Both the position numbers and the translations under genes were made by a program. From a virus (Duplodnaviria; Heunggongvirae; Uroviricota; Caudoviricetes), in IMG/VR virus record IMGVR_UViG_2654587674_000003: a stretch of DNA of 64,000 nt. One strand, written 5' to 3'. Below the pieces are notes generated by a model, which saw only the letters and a program-made list of their open reading frames with translations, searched no databases and was not told the origin of the DNA. Of the stretch, positions 19,146 to 28,160 are shown one piece after another. The number at the start of each line of letters is the position of its first letter. The first letter of the stretch is position 1.

Positions 19146-19555
19146 GCATCAGAACCTACGCAGTGAATTGCAATGACGCATGGCTAAACACCGAAGGTGA
19201 TGACATCTCCGGCTCATACGTTAAGTACAAAGACCATCAGGAAGTGGTTGCCGCTCTTGAGGCCAGGTGCGCGGCGCTGGCAGCGGAGAATGCGGCGCTT
19301 AAACAGTCGGAGAAGGAATTTAATAACTTCTGTCGTCAGGAGTACTACGGTTGGGAGGACAACTTCACGGAAACCCCAGCTACCGACGCTCTCCTGGCTG
19401 AAGTACGTGCGCAGGGGGTGGATATGGCTCGTAACGCGATGATTGATTTTGTTGATGGTGAAGTTGGGCCAAACAAGAACGTTCCGGGGCTGATTAGAGG
19501 CGCAGAGATATGCGTAAGTATTGCTGAACAGCTTCGCGAAGGAGGCAACCAGTGA
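19142..19555 (+). CDS. coiled-coil protein, paralog family member 4
   Basis: ATG at 19142; ALAAENAALK, ATDALLAEVRAQG, C-terminal EQLREGGNQ. Confidence 0.5.
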   Translation: MSIRTYAVNCNDAWLNTEGDDISGSYVKYKDHQEVVAALEARCAALAAENAALKQSEKEFNNFCRQEYYGWEDNFTETPATDALLAEVRAQGVDMARNAMIDFVDGEVGPNKNVPGLIRGAEICVSIAEQLREGGNQ

Positions 19556-19998
19556 GCAAGATTGATTATCAAAAGCTTCGTGAAATCGCTGAAAAAACAA
19601 AAATTGCTGGTGAAGCACCTGTAATGCCTTTCGATCAGCGAATTAATGCGCTTAACGATTTTATGAAGCACTTTTCGCCAGATATCGCGCTGGCATTGTT
19701 GGATGAACGGGAAAGAAACCAGCAATACATCAAACGCCGCGACCAGGAGAACGAGGATATTGCGCTAACGGTAGGGAAGTTGCGCGTTGAGCTTGAGGCA
19801 GAAAAACAGCGGGCAAAGGATCTGTTTATGGAAAATACTCGGCTTAAGTCAGGTATAGCCGGTCTGATACACCTCGGTATTCGATATGCAGATGTTGATG
19901 TCATGAAAATTGCTGGAGATGCCCAGCTTTCTACCCCATGCACTGACAGCATCATAAACAGCATTGCAACAGGCATTCGCATCAACGGAGGTGAGTAG
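19552..19998 (+). CDS. coiled-coil protein, paralog family member 5
   Basis: 148 aa; LRVELEAEKQRAKDL coiled coil. Confidence 0.45.
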   Translation: MSKIDYQKLREIAEKTKIAGEAPVMPFDQRINALNDFMKHFSPDIALALLDERERNQQYIKRRDQENEDIALTVGKLRVELEAEKQRAKDLFMENTRLKSGIAGLIHLGIRYADVDVMKIAGDAQLSTPCTDSIINSIATGIRINGGE

Positions 19999-20171
19999 TG
20001 CGTGTGGCATGTATTGGCTTGTTACCGTACCCGACTCGTTTTTGGGCTTCTGCGCTAATTGCAAAGCCGTATGTCCTGATGGCTGACAACATCATCCCGG
20101 CACCAAAGCGCCGCCATACCGGTATTGCAGCGGCACGACGAGCAGCAAAGAGACGCAGGAGAGCAAAGCGA

Positions 20172-20348
20172 TGAAAAACCGTAAGGCAAAACGACTTTTT
20201 TTACAGCGACCTGTGCGTGTGGTGGAGCTGGTTATTAGCAACCATAAGATAGCGGTACTCCATCCATTTGGTCAGGTGGCTTTTGCCGCAAAGCGTAAGC
20301 CTACTGCGTCACAGAACAGGCGGAAGAAAGGGTACGCTGTAAGATGAA
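20172..20348 (+). CDS. small basic protein, tandem paralog a
   Basis: 58-aa ORF (not in track) starting MKNRKAK; same N-terminus as the next ORF. Confidence 0.25.
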
Positions 20349-20532
20349 AAACCGTAAAGCAAAGATTCTGTTAGTTCGTAGAAACGCTCCTGGCGTCTGG
20401 CAGTGGGTGAGACTCAGCAACCGACGGATGGGGTTGATGAAATATTACGGGATGATGGATTGTGGTTTTTGCAAAAAGCCCAGCGCGGCGCAAAACCGCT
20501 GGAAAAACCACTTGCGCACTAAAGGAGAGTGA
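20344..20532 (+). CDS. small basic protein, tandem paralog b
   Basis: 62 aa starting MKNRKAK. Confidence 0.3.
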   Translation: MKNRKAKILLVRRNAPGVWQWVRLSNRRMGLMKYYGMMDCGFCKKPSAAQNRWKNHLRTKGE

Positions 20533-20533
20533 T

Positions 20534-20743
20534 ATGGCTATTGCCGCAAGTTACACAATGCATCTCTATTGTGACTGCCGCCAGTGTACGGAAGGTGTAT
20601 ATCCAGTGCCAGACTTCGGTGAGTATATAGGTACGTCATGGGCTGGCTGTGCAAAAGAGGCGCGCAAGGATGGCTGGCGAATAAGCAAAGACAAAACGCG
20701 TGCTTTTGCGCCCGGGCATAAAGTTTTGAGGATTAACAAATGA
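20534..20743 (+). CDS. small Cys-rich protein
   Basis: ATG with aaggag RBS; CDCRQC motif. Confidence 0.35.
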   Translation: MAIAASYTMHLYCDCRQCTEGVYPVPDFGEYIGTSWAGCAKEARKDGWRISKDKTRAFAPGHKVLRINK

Positions 20744-22356
20744 CCACTATTACCAGAGAACAAGCTCTGAAAATTATTGAGGCAGCCGATGAGGTTATTA
20801 GTGCGCTTGCCGGAACTAACGAGGATGTTCACCCTGGTAGCGATAACATGCTACGCCTGTGGGATGACCTGAATGACCGTTACGCGCCGCCGGAAGTTGT
20901 GCGTGAGCTGGCACGAATTGCACTGGCATCGCTGGAAGCAGAACCAGTTAAACGAGTTAACTCAGATCAGATGCGCCGAGTCTGCTTAGAAGCTAATCGC
21001 CATTTAGATAAATATGACGCGATGGCGAAAGAGGTAAATAAGTTGCTTGGACGCATCGCCCCGCCAGCACCGGTAGTGCCTGAAGAAGCAACTCCGGAAA
21101 ACGTAGAAATGCTCTCTGGCTATGTTTCAACGTACAAATTAACCGATAGCGAGCGCGATATTGCTGCCGAAATATGGAACGCCTGCCGCGCCGCCATGCT
21201 TCAGTCCGGAAACTTTCGGGAAAACAAGAATTCGTCAACCAATAATTTTCGGGAAATCGCGGAAACGTCAACCAGCTATCCGGCAATTCCTAGTGAGGTG
21301 TTGTCCGCAATCCTGAAGGTTGCCAGGATTCGTGCCGATTTCGATGATTTTGACGGTGACAGGCGAGGTATCGGTGATTGTCTGGATGAGGCCGAGCAAG
21401 AGCTTATCGTTACCATTAACAAATATGCCAGTCAGTTGGCAGCAGAACCGATAGCGGCTAATGACGTTCGAGAGCAGCAGACAGCCGTTCCGCCAGTTCC
21501 AGAAATACAGGCTGATGTCGCGCAAGCAATTGAAAATCTCAAGCAGAAGTTAGTGGAATGCAATCGCTATAACTACTGCGCAGATGCAGTTAAAGGCGTA
21601 GAGGATGCCAGCCGCGTCTTGGCACTCCAAAATCAAAATATGTCAGCACCGGTAACGCCGGAGGCCATTGAAAACGCAATTGAATATATCCGCAGTATCG
21701 CTTTTCACATCGATGAAGACGATTACCACGGCAAGCATATTGCGTATTTCATGCGACAAGCATTGGCCTGGCTGGAAGGGCATTCATGCAGCGACGACAG
21801 GCTGGGTAAGGCCGACAATCAACCCGCATCTGGTAACCAGGCTGCCGAATCCAATCGCGGTAATGAGTGGACCGGCAATCCTGATATTGATAACGCCATC
21901 ATCATGCTCGACCGCATAGATACGGCGGAAAGTTGCGATGATGACCGTATTGAGGCCGTTAAGGCTGTGTTGCGTAGACTGGCAGGCAACTATCCGGATA
22001 TTCCGGATAGTTCGGTGCCAGCGCCAGGAAAGGGCGTCACCGGTGAACGTATCCGCATTAAGCCGCATGTTTATCGCGAACTGGTTAACCGTCTCCACGA
22101 TACAGCGATCAAGTGTGCTGGCACCCAGCAATTACGAGAAAGAATTAGCCGTGTTTTGGGCGACGTTATTACACCAGATCATCATAAACAAGCCGAGAAA
22201 AGTGGCCTGGAAAGGTGTCGCCTTGAGGCGGCATTAAACATTAAGCCGGGGCATACGCTTGGCATTATTGATGCACTATTGGTTCATAAGATGGCCAGGG
22301 CTTTATTGCCGCTGGTGGCTGAAAAGCATGAGGTGGACCATGCCAACGAAAGCTGA
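20740..22356 (+). CDS. hypothetical protein
   Basis: 538 aa; C-terminal PHVYRELVNRLHDTAIKCAGTQQLRERIS motif shared with ORF 12174..12797. Confidence 0.45.
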   Translation: MTTITREQALKIIEAADEVISALAGTNEDVHPGSDNMLRLWDDLNDRYAPPEVVRELARIALASLEAEPVKRVNSDQMRRVCLEANRHLDKYDAMAKEVNKLLGRIAPPAPVVPEEATPENVEMLSGYVSTYKLTDSERDIAAEIWNACRAAMLQSGNFRENKNSSTNNFREIAETSTSYPAIPSEVLSAILKVARIRADFDDFDGDRRGIGDCLDEAEQELIVTINKYASQLAAEPIAANDVREQQTAVPPVPEIQADVAQAIENLKQKLVECNRYNYCADAVKGVEDASRVLALQNQNMSAPVTPEAIENAIEYIRSIAFHIDEDDYHGKHIAYFMRQALAWLEGHSCSDDRLGKADNQPASGNQAAESNRGNEWTGNPDIDNAIIMLDRIDTAESCDDDRIEAVKAVLRRLAGNYPDIPDSSVPAPGKGVTGERIRIKPHVYRELVNRLHDTAIKCAGTQQLRERISRVLGDVITPDHHKQAEKSGLERCRLEAALNIKPGHTLGIIDALLVHKMARALLPLVAEKHEVDHANES

Positions 22357-22624
22357 ATTACAGGTGCGCGTAGATGAGCTTGAAAAAGAGAACGCGAGCC
22401 TCAAAAAAATGCTGTCGCGGGCGGAAAGGGAATTATCAGGCAAATTATTGCCAGAAGAACTGCCACCAGCAGATATACCTGATCGAGTGTCCTGGTGGAT
22501 GAAGTATTTCCGTGCACCGTGGGAGGCGTTTTGGTGCTACGACCATCGCAGATGGTGTGATGAACTTGATAGCAATTTTCCCTACTTTGCGGAAGGGAAC
22601 ACCTGCCCTCAATGCAGGGGATAG
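22340..22624 (+). CDS. coiled-coil protein with C-terminal CPQC
   Basis: ATG at 22340 overlapping the upstream gene. Confidence 0.35.
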   Translation: MPTKAELQVRVDELEKENASLKKMLSRAERELSGKLLPEELPPADIPDRVSWWMKYFRAPWEAFWCYDHRRWCDELDSNFPYFAEGNTCPQCRG

Positions 22625-22959
22625 CATTTGACGAAATCGATCACCCTATCCTGAACTTCAGAAAGAAGGTCTTTTTCACGCGCCAGGACGTCAGGATATT
22701 GACGTTCTGGCCTTACCAGATGCCGGAGCTTCCCATTAAGCAGAATGGCCTCAGAAAACACTTTTACGCTGTGCTTTATCCCCTCTGTTTCACTTTTCAG
22801 CGTCAAAATAAAGCGCAATTGCTTATTAGCCTGATTCGGATTCAATACACGAATTTGCAGTTCGTCTATGCTGTTTCGCAATGGGATTGATGCCACCACA
22901 CTGGTGCAGTCTCTGATTGTCTGAATTGAACGGCTAACATTGAGAACGTTATTGTGCAT
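22609..22959 (-). CDS. hypothetical protein
   Basis: 116-aa ORF, divergent from ORF 22992. Confidence 0.3.
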   Translation of the reverse strand: MHNNVLNVSRSIQTIRDCTSVVASIPLRNSIDELQIRVLNPNQANKQLRFILTLKSETEGIKHSVKVFSEAILLNGKLRHLVRPERQYPDVLAREKDLLSEVQDRVIDFVKCYPLH

Positions 22960-22991
22960 GTGCCTGATCCACTAACTCCTGGAGGTTTCTT

Positions 22992-23243
22992 GTGTCAGAT
23001 CGAAATATAGCAGCTAAAAGCCAGGAAGAGCGAGACAAGGTGAACGTAGACCTTGCCGCCAGCGGCGTTGCTTACAAAGAACGGCTGAATATACCTGTGA
23101 TTGCAGAGCAGGTGGCCCGTGAGCAACCGGAAAACCTGCGCGCCTATTTCATGGAACGGCTACGGCACTACCGGCAGTTAAGCCTCCAGTTGCCAAAAGG
23201 GAGCGATCCGGTGTATCAGAACGAGGATGCACCAAAAAAATAA
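22992..23243 (+). CDS. hypothetical protein
   Basis: 83-aa ORF. Confidence 0.3.
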   Translation: MSDRNIAAKSQEERDKVNVDLAASGVAYKERLNIPVIAEQVAREQPENLRAYFMERLRHYRQLSLQLPKGSDPVYQNEDAPKK

Positions 23244-23328
23244 CGGCAAGATGGGGGAGAAATGTGATTAGCCCCCAGCGTGGCGCGCCTACAAACCCCG
23301 CTTTCACAAACTATGCCTTTTCAATGTA

Positions 23329-23348
23329 TACTGTATGAATAAACAGTA
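23329..23348. promoter_or_regulatory. LexA (SOS) box upstream of humD
   Basis: tactgtatgaataaacagta fits CTGT-N8-ACAG; about 20 nt upstream of the humD start. Confidence 0.65.
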
Positions 23349-23366
23349 TCATTGAGGTAAAACGCT

Positions 23367-23756
23367 ATGGGCTTCCCTTCTCCTGCGGCGGATTATGTTG
23401 AAAGCCGAATTTCTCTTGATCAGCAGATAATTAGACATCCTTCAGCGACCTACTTCATGCGGGCAGCTGATAGCCATCACCGTGAGGGAATATTGCAGGG
23501 TGCTTTGCTGGTGGTTGATTCCTCGCTTACTCCGGTTGATGGTTCTCTGCTTGTGTGCGCTATGGAGGGTGAATATCGCATAAAGAGATACAGGAAGTAT
23601 CCGCGCCAGCACCTGGAGGACTTAAGCACCGGGAAGAAAGAGGCGTTACCAGTAGATGACGATGGATACACGGGCAGTAATGCTGTTTTTGGTGTGATCA
23701 CTCATGTCATCAATGATGCCCGAAGTGGGGAATTTGATGATTGTCCGGTTATTTAA
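23367..23756 (+). CDS. humD: UmuD-like protein (HumD)
   Basis: 129 aa; GFPSPAADYVE motif and S24-peptidase-like core; LexA box upstream. Confidence 0.7.
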   Translation: MGFPSPAADYVESRISLDQQIIRHPSATYFMRAADSHHREGILQGALLVVDSSLTPVDGSLLVCAMEGEYRIKRYRKYPRQHLEDLSTGKKEALPVDDDGYTGSNAVFGVITHVINDARSGEFDDCPVI

Positions 23757-23828
23757 GCTGCAAAGTGCTGGTGCTTTATGCCTGTGAAGTTTATAATTGT
23801 GTACACATAACGAGTACACGAGGTGTTT

Positions 23829-24050
23829 ATGCAATCCATTAACTTCCGTACCGCGCGTGGCAACCTTTCTGAAGTGCTCAACAATGTTGAAGCCGGGGAA
23901 GAGGTTGAAATCACCCGCAGAGGCCGTGAGCCAGCAGTAATTGTCAGCAAGGCTACTTTTGAAGCCTACAAAAAAGCGGCGCTGGATGCCGAATTTGCAT
24001 CCCTGTTTGACACCCTGGACTCCACCAACAAGGAACTGGTTAACCGATAA
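23829..24050 (+). CDS. phd: Phd antitoxin
   Basis: [49 protein letters not shown] matches P1 Phd as I recall it. Confidence 0.85.
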
Positions 24051-24430
24051 TGAGGCATATATCACCGGAAGAACTTATTGCGCTTCATGATGCGAATATA
24101 AGCCGCTACGGCGGCCTGCCGGGAATGTCAGATCCGGGTAGGGCAGAGGCCATTATCGGGAGAGTTCAGGCCAGAGTTGCCTACGAAGAGATCACCGACC
24201 TTTTCGAAGTCTCCGCCACCTACCTGGTGGCTACGGCGAGAGGGCATATATTCAATGATGCCAATAAGCGTACCGCGCTAAACAGTGCGCTGCTATTTCT
24301 ACGCCGTAACGGTATACAGGTATATGATTCTCCCGTGCTGGTGGAACTTGCGGTGGGGGCCGCAACTGGTGAAATCCCCGTATCTTCAGTAGCGGAAAAA
24401 CTACGTGAATTATTTGGTTCCAATATTTGA
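24050..24430 (+). CDS. doc: Doc toxin (Fic-fold kinase)
   Basis: [40 protein letters not shown]...[15 protein letters not shown] matches P1 Doc as I recall it. Confidence 0.9.
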
Positions 24431-24433
24431 AAA

Positions 24434-24459
24434 GAAGCCCGCTCAACCAGGCGGGCTTC
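24434..24459. terminator. bidirectional terminator hairpin
   Basis: gaagcccgc-tcaaccag-gcgggcttc, 9-bp stem between convergent genes. Confidence 0.5.
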
Positions 24460-24465
24460 CTACTA

Positions 24466-25560
24466 TCACTCAATGATTTTTTCTGCTGTCAGCCAGCTAA
24501 TTTCTTGCCTGTCTTTCGGCGGTTTTAGCATGTGGGCGTATTCAGCGACATTCTCCCACGAAATTGTTTTTGCCCACTCAACGATAGCATTGTGATCTGC
24601 AGTGAAGAGTGGAATGGTGTGCGATTTCAACCATTCTAATGTCGTGACGCCATGTTTTTTGGCGTGGTGCTGCGCATGATGCCGGGCTATCACTCGTAAT
24701 GGTATTGTCCATTCACTACCATCAGGCATCGAAAAGCGCATTGTCTTCGGCATATCTGATTCAAGAACAGCCTCCCTAATACCAGGGAACTCACCAAGAA
24801 TCATACGACGATAGTCATCACTATTTCGCCCGCCATACCTTTCGGCAAAATGATCAAGATATTCTTGGGTAATAAATGGTGAATCCTCCGCACTCAGCTT
24901 AATGGCTTTATATACACCACTCGGATTATCTTCAGCTAAAGCACGTCCATGATGTGAATCATAAAAAAAGCCTATTTCCTCTGGTGACGGAATTGAAGTG
25001 AGCAATATGCGTGAATCACCACTAGTCATGCTTGCCCACACAATGCTGTATGCCTGATCGCTGATATGTGCGGAATCCACAATAATGAATAAAAGATGGT
25101 CGGCGTAGTGACCTGCAATGCTATCTTCATAGTTAAGGCGGAAGTTACAAAAGCACATTCCCCAAAATTCATTGAACATCAGACCGCTATCACCGACCTT
25201 AAAATACTCAATGATAAAAGGTTGTTTTTTCAGCAATGCCTCCCAACATTGCCACACATATGCAACAATTCCTCTTTTGCAAACATTTGATTTTGGATAA
25301 ACAATTACTGTCCGGGAATCAGGATACATAATCGTATAAAGGGTACTAATAACAGCAAGCACTTGCGGTCGTCCGATCCCATACGGAGTGGTGACAGTAG
25401 CTTTTGCATTATTGGGCTGTATAGCTTCAACAATTTGTTGTTGCTGGTGGCTTAAATCAATATCAAACAATTCTTTTGCTGCCAGTACCCAATTGTCTTT
25501 ATATTTCTCCACCAGCGACAGCCAGCGCGGATCTTTATAAATATTGCTCTTAGTCGCCAT
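24466..25560 (-). CDS. terminase large-subunit ATPase-domain paralog with degenerate Walker motifs
   Basis: start MATKSNIYKDPRWL parallels the PacB N-terminus; FFYDSHHGRA..DNPSGVYKAIKLSAEDSPF aligns with PacB FYDSHHSRA..DNPKGIWTAIVLNSEESPF; Walker A replaced by PYGIGRPQ; no nuclease-domain length. Confidence 0.5.
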   Translation of the reverse strand: MATKSNIYKDPRWLSLVEKYKDNWVLAAKELFDIDLSHQQQQIVEAIQPNNAKATVTTPYGIGRPQVLAVISTLYTIMYPDSRTVIVYPKSNVCKRGIVAYVWQCWEALLKKQPFIIEYFKVGDSGLMFNEFWGMCFCNFRLNYEDSIAGHYADHLLFIIVDSAHISDQAYSIVWASMTSGDSRILLTSIPSPEEIGFFYDSHHGRALAEDNPSGVYKAIKLSAEDSPFITQEYLDHFAERYGGRNSDDYRRMILGEFPGIREAVLESDMPKTMRFSMPDGSEWTIPLRVIARHHAQHHAKKHGVTTLEWLKSHTIPLFTADHNAIVEWAKTISWENVAEYAHMLKPPKDRQEISWLTAEKIIE

Positions 25561-26317
25561 CTGCCACTTCCTTAACTTCTTCTTTGGCCTGTTCTGCAAT
25601 CGCCGCACGGCATTTCGCCCTGGCTGTAGCGATTGCTTCAGCTCGCACATCGTCTGGAATCGTTGACGTGATATACATATCCAGTTCTTCGGCACGGAAT
25701 ACTGTTTGGTCCAGATATTCGCGTAGCATCCAGGTAAATTCGAAATCACACGCGATAATCTCTGCGCTACCTTCTGCACCATTTGGGAAATGAATAAATG
25801 CCTGTTTAGCCAAACCGATAACACGACATGCGGTTGCCAAAACAGCGACAACCAGGTTTACATTTTCACACGCTACGGGCTGGTTAACGCCGGAGATTAC
25901 TCCATTTAACTGTCGGTTATATGGAAGGTAGTTTGAGATGCGTTCTACGCGCCATGTGCCAGTCAGGCTGCCATTTTTAAATATAATTGGTGTAACGGAT
26001 AGCCCAAGCTCGCGTATAAGTCGTTGCGCTATAGCAGGATCATTAAACAGGTCTAATGCTACACATTCGAAAGACTGCGCAAGGGCAAACAGTTCTTCCA
26101 GAGAGTAGTCTTTGCCCCTGGCGGTGATGTAACGACGAACGCCGCTGTCTGCATCACTCCATATAGCTACGCCATGCTCTTCATTCAGCTCTTCATTAAA
26201 GCCGAGATACGTCATGATAGTGCGTTCAATCGTGTCAAACGGCAGTGACATGTCGGCGTTAACAGCCACCAGCAGGCCATTACGCAAGCGGTATTGAATT
26301 GTTTTAGTGCTTTCCAT
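25550..26317 (-). CDS. hypothetical protein
   Basis: 255-aa ORF, overlapping stop/start with the terminase paralog. Confidence 0.4.
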   Translation of the reverse strand: MESTKTIQYRLRNGLLVAVNADMSLPFDTIERTIMTYLGFNEELNEEHGVAIWSDADSGVRRYITARGKDYSLEELFALAQSFECVALDLFNDPAIAQRLIRELGLSVTPIIFKNGSLTGTWRVERISNYLPYNRQLNGVISGVNQPVACENVNLVVAVLATACRVIGLAKQAFIHFPNGAEGSAEIIACDFEFTWMLREYLDQTVFRAEELDMYITSTIPDDVRAEAIATARAKCRAAIAEQAKEEVKEVADGD

Positions 26318-26323
26318 GTCAAA

Positions 26324-26764
26324 TCACTCCACAACAAACCAGTCACAGGCCAGCAGGTCGCCAACTGAAGGCACCCACGGAACAACTACACCTTGTGCAT
26401 TTTTTAAGGCGAAATAAGCACCATACGGAACGAGGTCGCCGGGGAAATATCCCTTAATGGCTTCCATTCGTGCCGGGTACTGTCCTTCAGGAACCAGCCA
26501 GCAGAATTGGTTTTCGCCGTTCCACCCGCGTCGAGCAACTTTCTTGCCTTCCTTCAGCCACATCAGCGCGTCTGAAAAGTCGGCTGCTTCAAGGTCGATT
26601 TCTTCTTGCTGGGTGGTGATGCCACCAGCAGAAATAGTTACGCTCCCGGTAAGATTAATCATCACGCCGTTGTCATCCGTAATGATGACCGTGGTTCCAT
26701 TTTTTTTGTGAGCTTTGTATTTGGGACGGAACTTAAAAAGCTCTTTCGTTGCCATGTTATTCAT
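26324..26764 (-). CDS. DUF2829-like protein (candidate anti-defence sponge family)
   Basis: 146 aa; FSDALMWLKEGKKVARRGWNGENQF motif characteristic of DUF2829 as I recall. Confidence 0.4.
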   Translation of the reverse strand: MNNMATKELFKFRPKYKAHKKNGTTVIITDDNGVMINLTGSVTISAGGITTQQEEIDLEAADFSDALMWLKEGKKVARRGWNGENQFCWLVPEGQYPARMEAIKGYFPGDLVPYGAYFALKNAQGVVVPWVPSVGDLLACDWFVVE

Positions 26765-26778
26765 AGTCTTTTCTCTGC

Positions 26779-27273
26779 TTATAACTTTTCGTACTGAAGC
26801 GGTGAACGCTTAATTTCAAAGTGGCCTTCCGATGTGCTACCAAAGCCACCAGCACCACGCTCCGTTTCGTTGAGTTCCTCAACCTCGACTAGTGAGACTT
26901 GTTCAACACGCTCAAAAATTCCTTGCATGACAGCCATTCCAGGCTTGAGACAAACGCCTTCCCCGCCTGGATCAGTAATCAGTTTTGCCATGATTTCGCC
27001 GCGATAATCGGAGTCGATAATTCCTACGCAGTTAGCCAGGCGAGTATGTTTTTTGCAGCCCAATCCTGATCGCGGATAGAGTTTCAGACACCAGCCGGGC
27101 GGGATCTCCATAGCCAGTCCGGTATACACCCACCAGCTTGAGGAAATTGCACCATTGCTATCGACGCATGGTTTTATTTCAACAGCCTCAAAATCCATCG
27201 CCGCCGATCCGGAGGTGGCATAAGCTGGAAGTTTTGCTGCCGGATGTAGGCGTTTCACTTTTACGTAAATCAT
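26779..27273 (-). CDS. dut: dUTP diphosphatase
   Basis: YATSGSAAMD, PRSGLGCK, GIIDSDYRGEI, GGFGSTS motifs. Confidence 0.7.
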   Translation of the reverse strand: MIYVKVKRLHPAAKLPAYATSGSAAMDFEAVEIKPCVDSNGAISSSWWVYTGLAMEIPPGWCLKLYPRSGLGCKKHTRLANCVGIIDSDYRGEIMAKLITDPGGEGVCLKPGMAVMQGIFERVEQVSLVEVEELNETERGAGGFGSTSEGHFEIKRSPLQYEKL

Positions 27274-27746
27274 TGTTTTTTAGCTCTCTGCGTGAAGGTG
27301 TAAACCCGACGTTTGATATGTGGAACGGTAGGAACAGGAAGACAGGAACTTTCAATAACTCCTTGCTCCTCCAGCGATCGCACCGCCCGCAAGAACTGCG
27401 ACGTGTCGCCGCCAAACTGGCGGGCATAGGTGCTGCCGTTATGAAGTATTTGAGCTATTACCCGAGCTTTTGTCTGGCTGTCACGATATGCGAATAGCCG
27501 CACGGCCTCTTCTGGCGCAATCGCTAACTGATAGCCTTTCCCGGCACGGTGTCGAATGAATCCATGCGCCAGTAGGTTTTTGAGTTCGTTACGAGTGCGA
27601 ACAGATCCGTAACCCAGGAAGTGTGGATTGATAACGACTGGCTTAAACCATTCCGTAGGTGCTTTAGCTAATAGAGCTAACAGCTTCCCGGATAATTCTG
27701 GATAGGAAGACGGGTAACAATTCAGAGATGGGTAATAAGTTTTCAC
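27270..27746 (-). CDS. hypothetical protein
   Basis: 158-aa ORF, co-oriented with recombinase operon. Confidence 0.4.
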   Translation of the reverse strand: MKTYYPSLNCYPSSYPELSGKLLALLAKAPTEWFKPVVINPHFLGYGSVRTRNELKNLLAHGFIRHRAGKGYQLAIAPEEAVRLFAYRDSQTKARVIAQILHNGSTYARQFGGDTSQFLRAVRSLEEQGVIESSCLPVPTVPHIKRRVYTFTQRAKKQ

Positions 27747-28087
27747 CGACGCCCCCTTGCAGGATATCGACCGGCATTAGTATCCGGTGCAATAAAGCCG
27801 GTAGTGGGGCGAGTGAAAGCGAGATTAATCTTCTCGACCATAGTGCGATAATTTTCCTGATAGTGGGCCAGGAGTTTTTCGGCGGCAATGATGGTTACTT
27901 TCCGGACGTAGCTTTCTGCTTCCTCCAGATTTCGCCAGTTTTTTTCGAGGGTAAACACAGGGACGGCCTCAAGCCCGGTCATGATGCCGAACACAACGAC
28001 AGCATGACTGTTCTTAACACCAGCGGCGAAGGTTACGGTGTAACCATCCACCTTGAAGCGTCTTGATTCCGTGATTTGACTCTGCAA
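27743..28087 (-). CDS. hypothetical protein
   Basis: 114-aa ORF directly downstream of the recombinase gene. Confidence 0.4.
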   Translation of the reverse strand: MQSQITESRRFKVDGYTVTFAAGVKNSHAVVVFGIMTGLEAVPVFTLEKNWRNLEEAESYVRKVTIIAAEKLLAHYQENYRTMVEKINLAFTRPTTGFIAPDTNAGRYPARGRR

Positions 28088-28132
28088 AGCACCCTCCTAA
28101 ATAGGCGAGGGTACTTTACAGCAAAGGCGTTA

Positions 28133-28158
28133 ATCTAAAAAGATGTGTTAGAATTTTA
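28133..28158. promoter_or_regulatory. TGTTAGAA box pair
   Basis: tctaa-N8-ttaga between recombinase stop and next gene. Confidence 0.3.
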
Positions 28159-28160
28159 AT

